DNA from: Haplodiscus bocki
Lineage: Eukaryota
Length of the DNA: 64,000 bases
Assembly: GCA_965655095.1 (NCBI GenBank)
Contig: OZ296657.1
Span: forward strand, 27,652,001 to 27,716,000
Direction of reading: 5' to 3'
The translations under genes were made by a program, and so were the position numbers. This document shows positions 1 through 12,800 of this stretch, one piece after another. Below the pieces are notes generated by a model. That model saw nothing but the letters and a program-made list of their open reading frames with translations. It was not told the DNA's origin and ran no database searches. The stretch's first letter is position 1. Each line of letters begins with the position of its first letter.

Positions 1-150
1 TATTCCAACGCACCGCCGAATGATTCTAGCAACGATGAAATTATTTTGAAACGAGCCTTCCCAGCATTTGTACCTGCATTTGATCCAAGACCCGGGCGCA
101 CTAATTTACCAGCTAATGTTGACTTTGCTGTCGATCATTCTGATTCGCAA
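1..150 (+). CDS. HECTD1: HECTD1 exon (runs off window start)
   Basis: Frame 1 [21 protein letters not shown]; donor gttagt at 151. Confidence 0.85.
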
Positions 151-3100
151 GTTAGTTTCCGAAATTCTCAAGGACGCTTTCAGCGTCTCGTACAGAATGC
201 ATTTATCTTGGGCTTAAACAATGGATGATGTTTTTGTTCATTGAATAATCTTATCATTTGAAGCTTTTGAAAAACAAATCGTTTCTATACTTTTATGATG
301 ATGAGGTGATATTTATTTGTGTACTGCGACAAAGCTGTCGATGAAGTATGGAACAGATGCATTTTCTGCTTGTATTTAAGCAAATTGTAGTACATTGAAT
401 TTAAAGTGTGTTATTTGGTGATTTTTTGTACAACCTTACAGAAGATCAATGTTTTCATAGGCATCTAACCCAAGCCAGTCGGCGCAAGCAACTTCATCGG
501 GGATAATGGAACTGGGAAAGATGAATTCATCGGACAGCGAAGTAAAGCGACTTCGACTCTTCTTAAGACTTGCGAATGGGTCAAGTACAGTCTCCTCGTC
601 ATCGGGGAAAGATGTCGTCAGAGTCGAACTGTTGAGTTCAGAAGATTTCAGCAAAGATGCAGGACTGAATGTGAATTTGAAAGCGCGTGAAGAAACTTTG
701 ATCAACTGTGTGCAGAGACTTCTCTTGGCTACCAACACGGAAACAACCCAGTCTGCTGGAAATGCGAACAATGCTTTCAACACCAGGAAAATGTGGGAAA
801 ATACTTACATGTTAGTAAACATTAATAAGCATTATTCATAGACCATCTTCACTCGAAGTAATGAGCTCCATATTTGAAACCCATGAAGTTCGTGGTTCAT
901 AGATTTTTCAAATTTGCTAGGAATCTTTCATAAGACAAATCGCAATTACGACGCATTTTGTAAGTGGAACTTCATCCTTTGCAATTTGCTTTGTTGTGAA
1001 AATTTTTTCAAACAAGCAAAATGTGTCAATGGGTGTTGGTAGATAACTGCTTAATTTTTTCAGTATTGAATATATGGAAGAAGGCGAAGTGCCGCCTTGG
1101 AGTGTAGATGAAGTTGAGAAACAAAATCGGGAAAAGCAAGTTGAGGAATTTTTGGAGCGACAAGGATTGAAGGGAGAGTCGGTGCCTGGAAGTTCAAAAG
1201 CACCTCCTACAGATGGATTGGAGAAAGCTACCGATGACGACAAGAATACAGTATACGAAGAACCAAGCGCTGAATCTGGCGATGTGCTCAAAATATACAA
1301 GGTTTTATTCTGAGATTTAATTGAAACTTTTTCCCGTCGTAATTCATTACGAAAGGAAAATATTTAATTCAGTCGGTAAAGACTTCTCCGCGATTTTGCT
1401 AATTACGGCTGCATACTGCGTAACATGTTCAAATTTCCCGCTATTTTTACTATTGTTTGGAGGAGCCGTTATGGTGGCTAAATATCATATCCAATTTGTA
1501 AAATTTTGAAATTATGTGATATGGTTCAAAAAAGTTTCGGACACATGTCAAAAATTTTTCAGTCAAAGTCCGGCAAAAATTCTGAATGAGAATTTTTCAA
1601 CAAAAAAATGGCTCAAAACATTCCTCTGAACACGTATAAATCAGTTTTGTGAACACAGTTTTTGTCTATATTTGTACTTTCTGAGCTAAGATCCAGCCTC
1701 CTCGCCCCCGAGGGTGCCTGTTTTTTTTACCCATTTCATTTTAGAGCCATTTCTGACCTACCGTGGACAGGAAATATTGCAGCGCTGCTGCGCGTCTTGT
1801 TCTCGTTCAAATCAATTTTTATGCGCATTTGCATTTTACAGTGAGAGATGGACATCTTCTCATAAATTCAACAAAAGCACATGTTTCTATTGCGAAAAAA
1901 CCTGTTTAACAGTTTAGAAGCCAAGGTATGAGTGATTGGTCAGTTTAGACGGCTCTTTTACAAGAAAAGTATCAGGCTATTACTGGCTACTCTGCGGTTC
2001 CTATCAAAAGTCACCCCCGTCGTAGTGTCTGAGCCTTAAAATGGACGAGCCTCTCCTTTTAATTTTGACCCCCTGGTATAGATGGATTTTTTGTTATGTA
2101 AGAATCGTTTTGCCGTTTTTTAGTCACCTAAATACACTTTGCTTAGTCTGCGACACTTTGAAAGTTTCCTGCATTCAGTTGATATAAATCTTGGTGGCAA
2201 CACGAGTAAACTCCAAATTTGGGACTAATAAAACAGGTGAAGATGAAAAAATTTTGGACCCCCTCTTAAGTGTCTGCCACTTTCAATCGGACTCCTAAAT
2301 ATGACCCCGACTCTAATAGGAACTGCAGAGTTGTTTTCACCGTGTGCTGCTAATTGATAATTAAGAATTGGTTCATGTATGTACGCTTAGTGCAGAATAG
2401 GTCAGAGGAAAGACCACATACCGTTAACCTGAGAGTGAAGTTTGTATACTGAAATAGTGTTCAATGTTTTGCAGAACTTGTGCGAAGTTATGCCAGAGGG
2501 TAATGTGGGCAAATATCCGGAAGAAACCAAGACAGAAGAAGTGGAGGGCATCATAAAAATTATTGCTCTGCTCGACACGGCCTCCAATCTCATTTACAGT
2601 GAAAAACAGCAAAACAATGCCGACACTGAAACGGTTAGTCGTAAGTAGCTAAACGTAGCCTGCTAGATCCTGTTTCTAGATCATACAATCATTTTTTGAA
2701 CCACCGAAATTAAACTAAATGTACAGAAAATCTTCGATTGATTTTCGATTGTCATAAGAAACTCGAATTTCGATTCGGTTAATCGAACAGCCCTAAACCA
2801 GAGGTTTTCCGACCTATGATATTTAACATATTTTCAGCAAGTGCTTCGCAATCTAGTGGAACAATTTAAGCAAAAAGCGAAAGAAACTCTCAATGTTCTT
2901 GAGTATTTGTTTTTCATAAAAGTTAATCTTTGAGGTTCTTATTTTTTTCGTCAGCGATAAGCGGAAAAAAGCGCAATTTGCATAAGTGGTTTAAGCCAAA
3001 TAAAATTACACAAAAAGGGAAAGTGGTATTTTTTTAGGGATAAGTACACACTGTTAGACATAATCATCAAACTGATACGCATTTTCAATATTCTGCTGAT

Positions 3101-6100
3101 TGTTGATTGGTTTGAATCAAAATCTTGAAATTTAAATTAAAGTTAAATTTTTAGGCATGAAGATTGTCTTAAAGCGTATAGATTTTACTTTTATTTCGCA
3201 AACGCTGGCGTCATTCACCGACTGAGGGAATGTGAGCTCTAAAGTGAACTGGAAAATTCTTTCCTATTATCTCCCGCTTCCCCAAGCTAGAACGAACACC
3301 ACTGTTTTCTCGTACATTTAAAGTACTCGATTCCAGTATTTTCAATTTTGTCAATTTGATTCGCATCTTAGTTTCCGCTTTTTCAAAATGGTGACTATTC
3401 ATCGCGTCAAAACATTGTTGATTCAGAAAGCGTCGAATAATTGCAAACTATTCAGAGCGGGAAAAAATGATCAGTAGGCCATTGTGTGCTCCAAAAATTT
3501 CGACTCTGTGAATATTGTGCAATTTTTCGCCGTGATTGGAGTTTTTGCAAAATTCGCTTGATCCCAAGTTTTTCGAGATTTTTAGCGATTAATTGGTAGC
3601 ATGCTTGGTGTCTATGTATTTGTTTCATTACAGATTCTGTCGGAATCTATGGTAGAAATGAAACTCGGCGATGATGACGAAGACGAGGTGGAGTGGACGT
3701 TTCAGCAAGTGCGTGAAGAATTTGTATCTCAGAAAATTACGAGAAAAGTCGAACAGCAATTGCAAGACGCTTTGGCCTTGTGTGGAAATTCTCTCCCTCA
3801 CTGGCTGCCTTTCATCATGCACTCTTGCAGAGCTCTGTTGCCCTTGGAAACCCGTCAAGCTTATATGTTGTCGACCGCTTTTGGCACTACTCGGGCCATC
3901 ACGTGGTTGCAAGACCGTCTCGATACTGTGCTGGAAAATGCATCTGCTGCCTCCAACGCCGGTGGAGGTTCTGCTTCACGCAGCCGTGGAGGTGCTGGTG
4001 CTGTCAGTGGTGACGATTCTATGGAATACAGAGTTGGTCGGCTGAAACACGAGAGGATCAGGGTGGCACGAAGTGGACAGACAGGAGATTTGCTCGCGAG
4101 AGCAGCTATGATCATGCGAGTCCATTCTGATCGAAAGTCTATGCTTGAGGTCAATTGAAAAATATAACATTTTATTTCAACAGTCGCAACATCAATTTTC
4201 GAAGCTTAATTGATAAAACGATTTCCATATGCACAGAATGCCGCGCACTTAATTTATCAAGTCTTAAAATGTAAAATTAATCAAGCTCATAAAACTTAAT
4301 AAGGTTTCTCAGTTAGTATTTGAAGCACGCAGAATTTCGGAAACTGCTTAGAAGTTTTTGTTTGTTACGATGGCAGTGTACTCCATAGTTTTAGTTTCCT
4401 TGAAAATTATCTCGATTTTTATCTCTTCTTTTTTAAATAGCATGAAAAGGTTGTTATATTTCTTTTGGTGTTCACAGATTGAATTTGAAGGCGAAGAAGG
4501 AACTGGTCTCGGTCCAACTCTGGAGTTCTATTCTTTGGTGGGAATTGAATTACAAAGAAAATCGCTGGCCATTTGGATGTGCGATGACACTGCTTCTCTT
4601 AACAAGGAAGAGAAAATGGGGGATAGCTTCATTGACGAGAAGCACGAGATTGTCGGATCCGAATTCACCAAAAGTGTGGATGACGCGGTAACAACCACTG
4701 GTTCATCAAATGCGCAGTCTGAAGGACCCAAACTGGTCTATCCAGATTACATATGGGCAGGGGATAGAGGCTTGTTCCCCGCCCCATATCCGCCCGAGAC
4801 GGAAATCAATAAAGTACAAGAGCATTTCTTTCTCATTGGCGCTCTTTTTGGTAAAGTGCTTCAAGACGGACGTAAAATTGACGTGCCAATCAGTGAGCAT
4901 GTTTTGAGACTTTTGGTGTCACCGGAAGTTCCACGTGATTCCAAAATGAACATGGATAACGTTGAAAAATGGTTGATGTCAGCGCTGGAAGGAAGTGACA
5001 AGACGGAATTTTTGAAAGACGCCGTGAGCGAGCATGTTCTGAAATTCATGCAACAACTCCAGCAGCTGGTATACTCCAAAGCAGAGATTCTTTCAAGAGA
5101 GAAATTGACCAATGTCGAAAAGAAGAAGCTTATCGATAAGTTGATGTTGATGCACGGAGATACCCAACTTCCTCTAGAAGATCTTCAGTAAGTATACTTC
5201 GAGAATTTCATTAGCGTACTGTGGCTCTGTTTTCTGTGGCTTGGACTTTTTCCTGGACGAAAAGTTTCCTAAAGATCTCGAAAAGCTAAGGTTTTGGTTC
5301 AATAAAAAGTTAGAAAAAGAACTCAACGCTTTCATGTTTCGGAATTACCAGGTTTTGAAAAGCAGGAATTCATTTGCTCGCTGACTGATTTTTGCTTTTC
5401 AGGTTAACATTCACGTTTTCTGCGCCATCTTCGGTCTACGGCTTCACTGAGGTAGACTTAGTACCCAATGGTTCTAATACTTATCTCTGCATTGACAACG
5501 TTGAGAAGTATGTATCTTCATATACTGAATTTGTTATGTGCCACGGAATCAAAAGACAGATGGCGCAATTGTTGTCTGGTTTCTGTTCCGTATGTGAAAT
5601 AACCAGAGTGTCTGGAGTGCTATCAGCCAAGGAATTGAAACTCATGTTGTGTGGCGAACAAAAGCTAGAATGGACACGAGAAGATGTCATCAACCATTGT
5701 CAGCCCAAGTTGGGCTTCACCAGAGAAAGGTGGGGATGCAGAGTTCAGTTTTATTATGAAGAGTTTCTTTTGGTTGCCCAATATCTATTAAGAGTCCTAT
5801 GTCATGCCAAATAGTCGAAATAGTATACGCGTATGGAGCGAGCAAACTTAATTTACTCTCGTTTGGGGAAAATTCGCCCCCACTGACTTTCCGCCCGTTT
5901 TAAAAGCATCTGATCATGTTAATTTGAAAGTGTAGTTAGGTTAATATGATTTAATGACATTTCACCCCACAGACACTTCACCCCACTTTTGGAAGCATCT
6001 GATCATGTTAATTAGGATGTCTAATTAAAGAATTATTTCGTGCATTCTTTGGACTGCACCTTAACATTTATCACTCAAATTAATGAAATAGCGAGAGATT

Positions 6101-7382
6101 ATGGCTATTAACACCTTTTATTTATTGTGATCGAATCCAATTCTTTGCAATGCATATTAATATATGCGCCAATTAAAGCTACTTTTCAAATCGGGGTGAA
6201 AATTCTTGACACTGGTTAATATTTCCACTCTAGGCATTCAGTTTGGCTGAATGCCTATTGATTTTACTTTTTTTCTTCGCACTTCGCAAAACACGGGGTT
6301 ATTCACCGAATGAGCAAGGCTGAGCGTTAAAGTGAAGCTGAATATTCCTACTTTTTCTTTTTTATTCTTTTGTGTTTACTTTCTCCCCACTTCTTGAGGC
6401 TAGAGCGAACGTCACCATTTACTCTTCGATTTTAAGTACATGTAGTAGTTGATTCAAATATTCTCAAATTTGTCCATTCAATTCGCATCCTAATTTCCGC
6501 ATTTTCAAAATGGTGACTATTAATCGCGCCAAAACATTGTTGATTCACAAAGCGTCCAAAAATTTCAAACTATTAAAACGGAAAAAAATGACCAGTAGAC
6601 AATTGTATGCTCTGAAATTTTCGACTCTGAATTTTTTTGAACTGTGTGCAATTTTTGGACGTGATTGGAATTTTTGCGAAATTCGTCCAGTCCACGCAAA
6701 TCAGTGTGATAAATTCGCTAATTCCAATTTTTTTTCACTATTCTGAATTTTTAGCCCTTGATGCCTAGCATCCTTGATGCCCATGTTTTCTTTGTACAAC
6801 AGTTTACGTTGAAGACTCAATTTTGTCGCTAGAATTTTTTGCTTTCAACTCTTCTATTTTTTGCATCTTCATCTATAGCTATAGTAGTATCTGTCGTATC
6901 TAATTGTCCAGTATGCCTGTTAATATAAGCGCCAATTAAGGCTAGTTTTGAAATCGGGAGTGAAATGCTCGTTGGATGAAATGTACTGGGGTGAAATATA
7001 CCGACACCGCTATATTTAGTGTGCTTGTGGGACATTTTAATTTATAGTCGAATGCTGAAATTCACACTCTAAATTTCTGATTTTGTTTAGTCGTGGATTC
7101 CAGTTTTTCGCATCAGTTTTGGCTAGTTTGAACCAATCAGAAAGAAAGCAGTTCTTGCAGTTCGCGACTGGCTGCAGCAGTTTGCCACCTGGAGGTCTAG
7201 CTGCTCTTCTCCCACCTCTGACAGTTGTACGAAAAGTTGACACGGCCGACAGTGACCGAGGAGCTTATCCCAGCGTGAACACTTGTGTGCATTACCTGAA
7301 ACTACCTGATTACTCCAGTGAACAAATCATGAGGGAGAGACTCATTTCTGCATTCAGTCAACGCGGGTTTCATCTCAATTAA
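1..7382 (+). CDS. HECTD1: HECTD1 E3 ubiquitin ligase, 5'-partial; exons 1-150, 461-810, 1064-1301, 2475-2633, 3634-4149, 4478-5187, 5403-5729, 7091-7382
   Basis: HECTD1-specific motifs [93 protein letters not shown]. All seven introns are GT-AG and phase-compatible. Confidence 0.95.
461..810 (+). CDS. HECTD1: HECTD1 exon
   Basis: Acceptor ttttcatag at 460, donor gttagt at 811; RKMWENTY resembles HECTD1 RIWEPTY. Confidence 0.8.
1064..1301 (+). CDS. HECTD1: HECTD1 exon
   Basis: Acceptor ttttttcag at 1063; phase-2 join gives TYIIEYME; donor aag/gtttta. Confidence 0.75.
1990..2330. mobile_element. MITE (Tc1/pogo-like) in HECTD1 intron
   Basis: Imperfect TIR ctctgcggttcctatcaaaagtc / gactctaataggaactgcagag; TA on the left flank only. 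Confidence 0.55.
2475..2633 (+). CDS. HECTD1: HECTD1 exon
   Basis: Acceptor ttttgcag, donor gttagt; join gives IYK/NLCE (cf. HECTD1 AYKDFCE). Confidence 0.75.
3153..3560 (+). repeat. Interspersed repeat, copy 1 (copy 2 at 6231-6785)
   Basis: Shared blocks such as ttcaaaatggtgactatt, gcaatttt and cgtgattgga. Confidence 0.7.
3634..4149 (+). CDS. HECTD1: HECTD1 exon
   Basis: [22 protein letters not shown]...LPHW...[12 protein letters not shown]...RVGRLKHER. Confidence 0.9.
4478..5187 (+). CDS. HECTD1: HECTD1 exon, HECT N-lobe
   Basis: [33 protein letters not shown]; donor gtaagt at 5188. Confidence 0.92.
5403..5729 (+). CDS. HECTD1: HECTD1 exon, HECT domain
   Basis: [23 protein letters not shown]...[25 protein letters not shown]. 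Confidence 0.9.
6231..6785 (+). repeat. Interspersed repeat, copy 2; starts with hairpin taggcattcag..ctgaatgccta
   Basis: Collinear similarity with 3153-3560. Confidence 0.7.
7091..7382 (+). CDS. HECTD1: HECTD1 last exon, HECT C-lobe with catalytic Cys
   Basis: [14 protein letters not shown], ends GFHLN*. Confidence 0.95.
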
Positions 7383-7442
7383 ACCTCTTGCCCCGATACA
7401 CAGCGTTGACATTTTCAAGCAGTTTCCCGATATTATTATACC

Positions 7443-7522
7443 GTTGACTTACATTACGCCGTTGACCCAGATTACGTAGTTGACCTACATAACTTTGTTG
7501 ACCTGCATAAAGACGGTGACCC
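7443..7522 (+). repeat. Degenerate 18-bp tandem repeat in HECTD1 3' UTR
   Basis: gttgacttacattacgcc / gttgacccagattacgta / gttgacctacataacttt / gttgacctgcataagacg. Confidence 0.7.
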
Positions 7523-8437
7523 GGGTGTTATTCCGTGTTCCAGCCCTTCTTTAACCCAATTGTTTTGTACTTATAATTAGTTCTTAAATGACTCATAATT
7601 TCTCGATTATATTTGACCTGCAAAGTTACCTAAGAAAGATGACAGAAACTGGATGACATGGGCATGTTGGAGATCCTCGTGCGGACTGTGGGCTGGGAGA
7701 ATTGCATGGATGTCGAATTATTTCCAGTTTTTATTGGACATTTCGAATATAACAAACTTGCAACCGCTGAAAACTGCGCTTTATCCATATTACATGTAAT
7801 ACGTAACTGATATAAATATTTTAGATTAGTTTTCGAGTGCTTGCACTTGTCAATAATAGGCGCCAAATCAACAATTGAGAGTATTTTCCATTTAGATCAT
7901 ACTTATTTTTATGATGCTATTCAACGCAACGGTGCTTCTCGAGGAATCTAAATGGCTATAATTTTGCATTTTATCCACTTTTGCCTTTCAACCAAAATGA
8001 TGATGACCTGCTGAAGATTTCATGTCAAATCTCAAGTTACGATCCCTAAGTTTCAAACTAGTAAAATTGAAATCTATATTTTGCGGCAACTATACTACTG
8101 ACAAGCTGTAATGGAAGCAACTCCTAATTCTCCAACTGAAGTCTTGAAATAATTTGAAAAGATGTTTCGGTTGTCTTTGAAACCGTTTTTGAAAGATAGA
8201 CTGAATATTGAAATTAGAATTTGACCAGACTGGCATTCCGGTAGAGCTCTTCTTAAAACATGTTAAATGAAAATAGTGAGTTTCGGAGTATGAATGCCTT
8301 TTGACTCATTTTTTAATTCAGTTGCAAAATTTTTGATTGAATATTCTTTGCTGGTTTGAAAGTGAGCTGTGCTAACCAATTTACCTACCTATCAGACAAT
8401 GCTCCCCCAGTTAAACGATTTTTTATCTGGTTTGGTA

Positions 8438-8843
8438 CAGGCCCTATGATAATTCGCGGCGCGAATTTAGCGCGATTATGGACCAATTATAAGCGCCCGC
8501 GAGTTGCCGCGATTTTAAGCTTTTTTCGAAAAAGTCCGCGAATAAATTGATTAAAAAAAAGACTTTTATGGTTTCATTTATGAAGTTTCAACTTACTTGT
8601 CAGTGGATTTCGAAGTTCGGAGACAATTGGTATCTGATTTTGTCGAAAAAAACTCAGCCAACTATCGGAAGCTATCTCAACAATTGAACGCGAATTGCTT
8701 TCCTCAGTTTTCCAATGAAAAACGCTAGCTCAGGCAGGAAAAAATTCCGCGAATTTCATGAAAATTAGCCAATTTTAGCGCGAATTTAGGCTTTGTTGAG
8801 CGCTAATTTGCCGTCAAAACTCCGCGAATTATCGTAGGGCCTG
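8438..8843. mobile_element. hAT-type MITE
   Basis: 22-bp TIR caggccctaYgataattcgcgg; perfect 8-bp TSD gtttggta (8430-8437, 8844-8851). Confidence 0.9.
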
Positions 8844-9102
8844 GTTTGGTATAATACTGTCGATGTAATTGCTGTAGATACGTACCTACATGTACATTCG
8901 ACAATAACAACACCAGCAGAGATAGATAAAATAAACTTGAACGAGTCAACGTTGTTGTTTTTATCGCACTTCTCAAGCCTTGCTCTCGTGAAATTTTTTG
9001 CGTGGCCACCTTTAATCCACTTACTGACCACTCGAACTCAAGCGACAATTTATGTTTGAACTGCTCTTCTTTTTCGATTACATGTGGTAGCTTTCACGTC
9101 TA

Positions 9103-9873
9103 CAGTAGTGATTTTAATTAATGCGACTAAGCAATTTTGATACGCTTCACAAAATCCTAAGTGGAGAAGTAAATAATTGGAAATCGGAGTAAACAAAAGT
9201 ACTCCGAGAAACCTCATTGAAAGGGCTACCGCATGGTTATTTCATTTGCCAAAACAAGTACTTCAAAGAGGTACAAAATTGCGTCCCAAAGTTGAGTAAA
9301 TAAACTATGCAAGCATTGCGAATAACGACTAATTTTGGCAGTTTTCGTGAGAAATCTTGACAATGACACAAGATAACAAGAAACAAATTACATAATTTGT
9401 TAGTTTTGGTTATTCCCCAGAGCTTTTATCTTTAACACTTTTTTCACAATTTTGAATTTTCAGAAGAAATTGCAAAAAGTAAAAGTATAATTTTAACATC
9501 CTATTTTAATACATTGATTTTCAAGTTTAGTATATTCTAGATGAATTTTGGAATAGTTTTTGAAAACACTTTTCCGCCGACAGATGATATCAGCTGTCGC
9601 AAAAACATCAGGGGAATCTATTGATGAAGTAAAATTCCAATTATTAATTTTTTAAAGTTACGAAATTGTCAAAAGGGAAAATTTGGCCAAAAACGCAATT
9701 TCTACTTTTTGCTCTATTTGTTGGAAATTTTTCAAACAAACACCATTATAATCTAAAAATTCTAAGAATATTTTCTTTCTGGTACTTTTGTCCAAAACGA
9801 TTATTCTCGAAGTTCTTCGTGCTGAAAGTTGACCTATGCATTAAAGTTGTCGCATTAATTAAAATCACTACTG
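9103..9873. mobile_element. Tc1/mariner-type MITE
   Basis: 25-bp perfect TIR cagtagtgattttaattaatgcgac, TA on both flanks. Confidence 0.88.
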
Positions 9874-12800
9874 TATAGCTGCAGAAGTTAGCCTAAATAT
9901 GCTTTGATAAAATAGTTGGGTAAGTTGGAATCTTATTTTCGCCACCAAATTCAAAGTGATTGCAGGCAAAGTATAATCTGATTCAGTCAAAGAAATAAAC
10001 ACGACTAAGTTTGTACTGTAGTCATAAATGTGTTGAAGGTATCGTAGGAACGGAAATTTAAGGATTTTTTTGGCGCGATGAACGAAACTCTTCACTTATT
10101 ACTTTCGGCCTCCAAATTTCATATATGGACAGGAAAATTTTTCTTCAATGGCTCGTATCGTTTTTTCTTGAGACACATTGTGCCAATTTTGAATTTGTCC
10201 ACTTCTAATGACGTACCCTCTGCGTGTCTTGACTTTGAAGCGTTTTATCTCAGAGCGTATTGGTTGGAGCCTGCTAGTTTCTTCAAAACCTGCACCGCAA
10301 GGTTGCAATTGACCATGTCTCAAAATATCAACGTCAGAAAATTTTTCACCGACGAGTTATTAACGAAAATTAACTGGGAACGCCGAAATTTTTTTGAGGA
10401 AATCGTCGAATTCGAGTAGCATGAGTACCATGCGCATACAATGGGTGCCTATATTAATGAAATTGACGCAAAATCAACCCTTCTTGATGCCCTACTACTT
10501 TAAATTTTTTTTGACCTTTTTTGTAAGAGTTTTAACGGGAAATTTGTAAAAAAAAATAGTCGAAAAATTCATTTTTTTCGAAAGTGTCACCACCTGCAAG
10601 GCGTGCAAGTACCTTGGTTCGTTTGAATTACTCGATGGTTAACTGTTAATGGTCAAGCAAACTTTATCGTGCGTCAGGAGATTCTTCGCCGTTTTCTTCC
10701 GGCGGTGTTTCAGCGGAAAATCATGCGAAAAAGCCGAAATTTTCATGCTGTCTTTTCATTACAACTTTGATAGACTAGAAATGGTTTGATTACTTTTTTC
10801 CATAGATTGGGTGAACCTTGTCACAACAATGGAGAATATCGCAGCTCAGGGAAAGTTTCAGATTTTTTTCCGCAGTTTTGGCGCAAAAGGTCTTGAAAGT
10901 TGATTATTATTATCATTTTTTGAAGATTTTGTGTAACTTGACGGGGTTTTGAATGGTTTGAAAGTGCAACATGAGCTTTGTGTAAAATTGCCGTCCCAGG
11001 AATTTTTGTGGACTTTGGATGGATTTCTGGGGGTGGTTTGTAAATGTAAAACCTTGTAAGTATAGCAATGGAGATTGTCTGAAATTTCAATTTCGTGTAA
11101 ATGTTCATCTTATCACTTGGTCCTCCTGTTGCTTTTACTGGGTCAATATGGCATTCTAGCGTAAATCCGAAGAACAAGCTTCTCGATTGTGTTTTGTGAG
11201 AACCTCATGCTTTTTCGAATGATTTCAATAAATGCCAGGAAAATCTACTTTTCCGCCAAGTTTTCTTTTGATTCTGAGTGACAGATTTTTGCAGGGAATC
11301 AGCTGCGCTTGCTCTCGAGCTTTCAACACGTGCAGCGTTCATCTACAGCGTTTATTCTCATCTGTGCGAGCCTAGCGGAAGTCAGTTTGCATCTACGTTT
11401 TTTCATTTCACTTTTTTCACAGACCGACAGTGTTTTTGGAAAGCACCGAAATCTCAATACCCATAGTACTTAGCGGGTTAATTTTTGCTGATTTAACTCA
11501 AGAAGTGTATGGGCTATGTTTGTGCCGGAAAATGTCTACGAGGTTTATTAATTCAATTAATTGCTTCTTTGGTTTTTTTACACCGAAAAAACGTGAAAAC
11601 TCGGAAATTTTCGCTACTCATTGGTAATTTAGCTATTCGGCCATCTCTGACTACTGCCTCAGAGCCCTTTAAACTGCATCAATGAGGCCTAATGCATTCC
11701 TTTTGCTTCATAGGTTATATCGATTTTCGCGAAAAACTTTTCCGACAGCTAAATGTTTTCTGAGATTACTTTCCTTTTACCTAAAGCTGATGTCGTCCAA
11801 TTATCAGCTCTTCAGGAGTTACTTCCTCTCCCTTCTGGGTCTTGATTCAAATCGTATCAAATCCCGTTTAGTCTAATCCCTTTGATGGTATGCTCTTCAG
11901 GAGAGCTTGGCTACAAAAGTTTTTCTCAGATGACAACTTTCCCTGCATAACTTCTTTCAGCTGGAGCTCAATTGCTGGAGGAGCCAGCCTTTTCTGAGAA
12001 GCGCTTAGAACGCTCTTGATTTTCTAGGCGCATGTACTTGAAGCCCAAGCGTAGCGGTCGTTGCGCCTATTTTTTAACAACATTTTATTTTTGGCTGATA
12101 TTTTATATATATGCGGAAAATCATCAACTCGACATTCAGGGTTCAACATGAAATTTGTTTTTTGCACGATGAAGCAAAAGTCCACGCTGAACATTTGTAT
12201 TTCCTCATTCTCTTCCAAAGTTGCCTTGAATTCGCTGAATATAGTAGTTTTTCTCAAAAGTTACTTTTTCATGCGAGAAATTGGGTTTTTATGGAAATCG
12301 AAAAATTGAGTTTTGCTGCAATTTGGAACAATTTTCAGACATTTTTTTTGGTTCAAATTACGGTTTTCTAACATTTTCCAAATTTGGAAAGCGGAAAATA
12401 TCCCGAAGTTACTCAGGCGTCTTTTTTTGCCGTTTTAGGGGACCTTGTTTAATCGGAAAACCATCGCTTTAAAGGTCTCGATGCAATATTGTTCCGAAAT
12501 ATTTTTCTTCCCATCATTACTTGTGCCTAAGATGCCTAATTAGTTGTAGACAGCTACATTTGCAAGTTCACACCTCATAAGAGATTCTCGAAGGAGAGTT
12601 TTTGATAGTGTTCAGAAAATGATAAACGTTTGTTGAGGATCTCAGGGAGTTCTTAGAACTTTAATAGGTTTCCCATGGATCGAAAGACATTGAAACTGCA
12701 TCTACGGAGAATAAATTTGGAAGGAATCGTGATCCTAAAAGAATTGAGCGATTGCCAGCCAATTAGATCTGTCGAATCTCATGGATTTCTCCTAGAAAAG

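Noticed and set aside
7443-7522. CRISPR-like repeat/spacer pattern (also 33205-33690 and 44420-44480)
   Set aside because: Eukaryotic context, units too short or degenerate, no unique spacers, no cas genes.
10500-12500. Possible transposase or retroelement remnant on the minus strand
   Set aside because: No diagnostic motif or termini recognisable.
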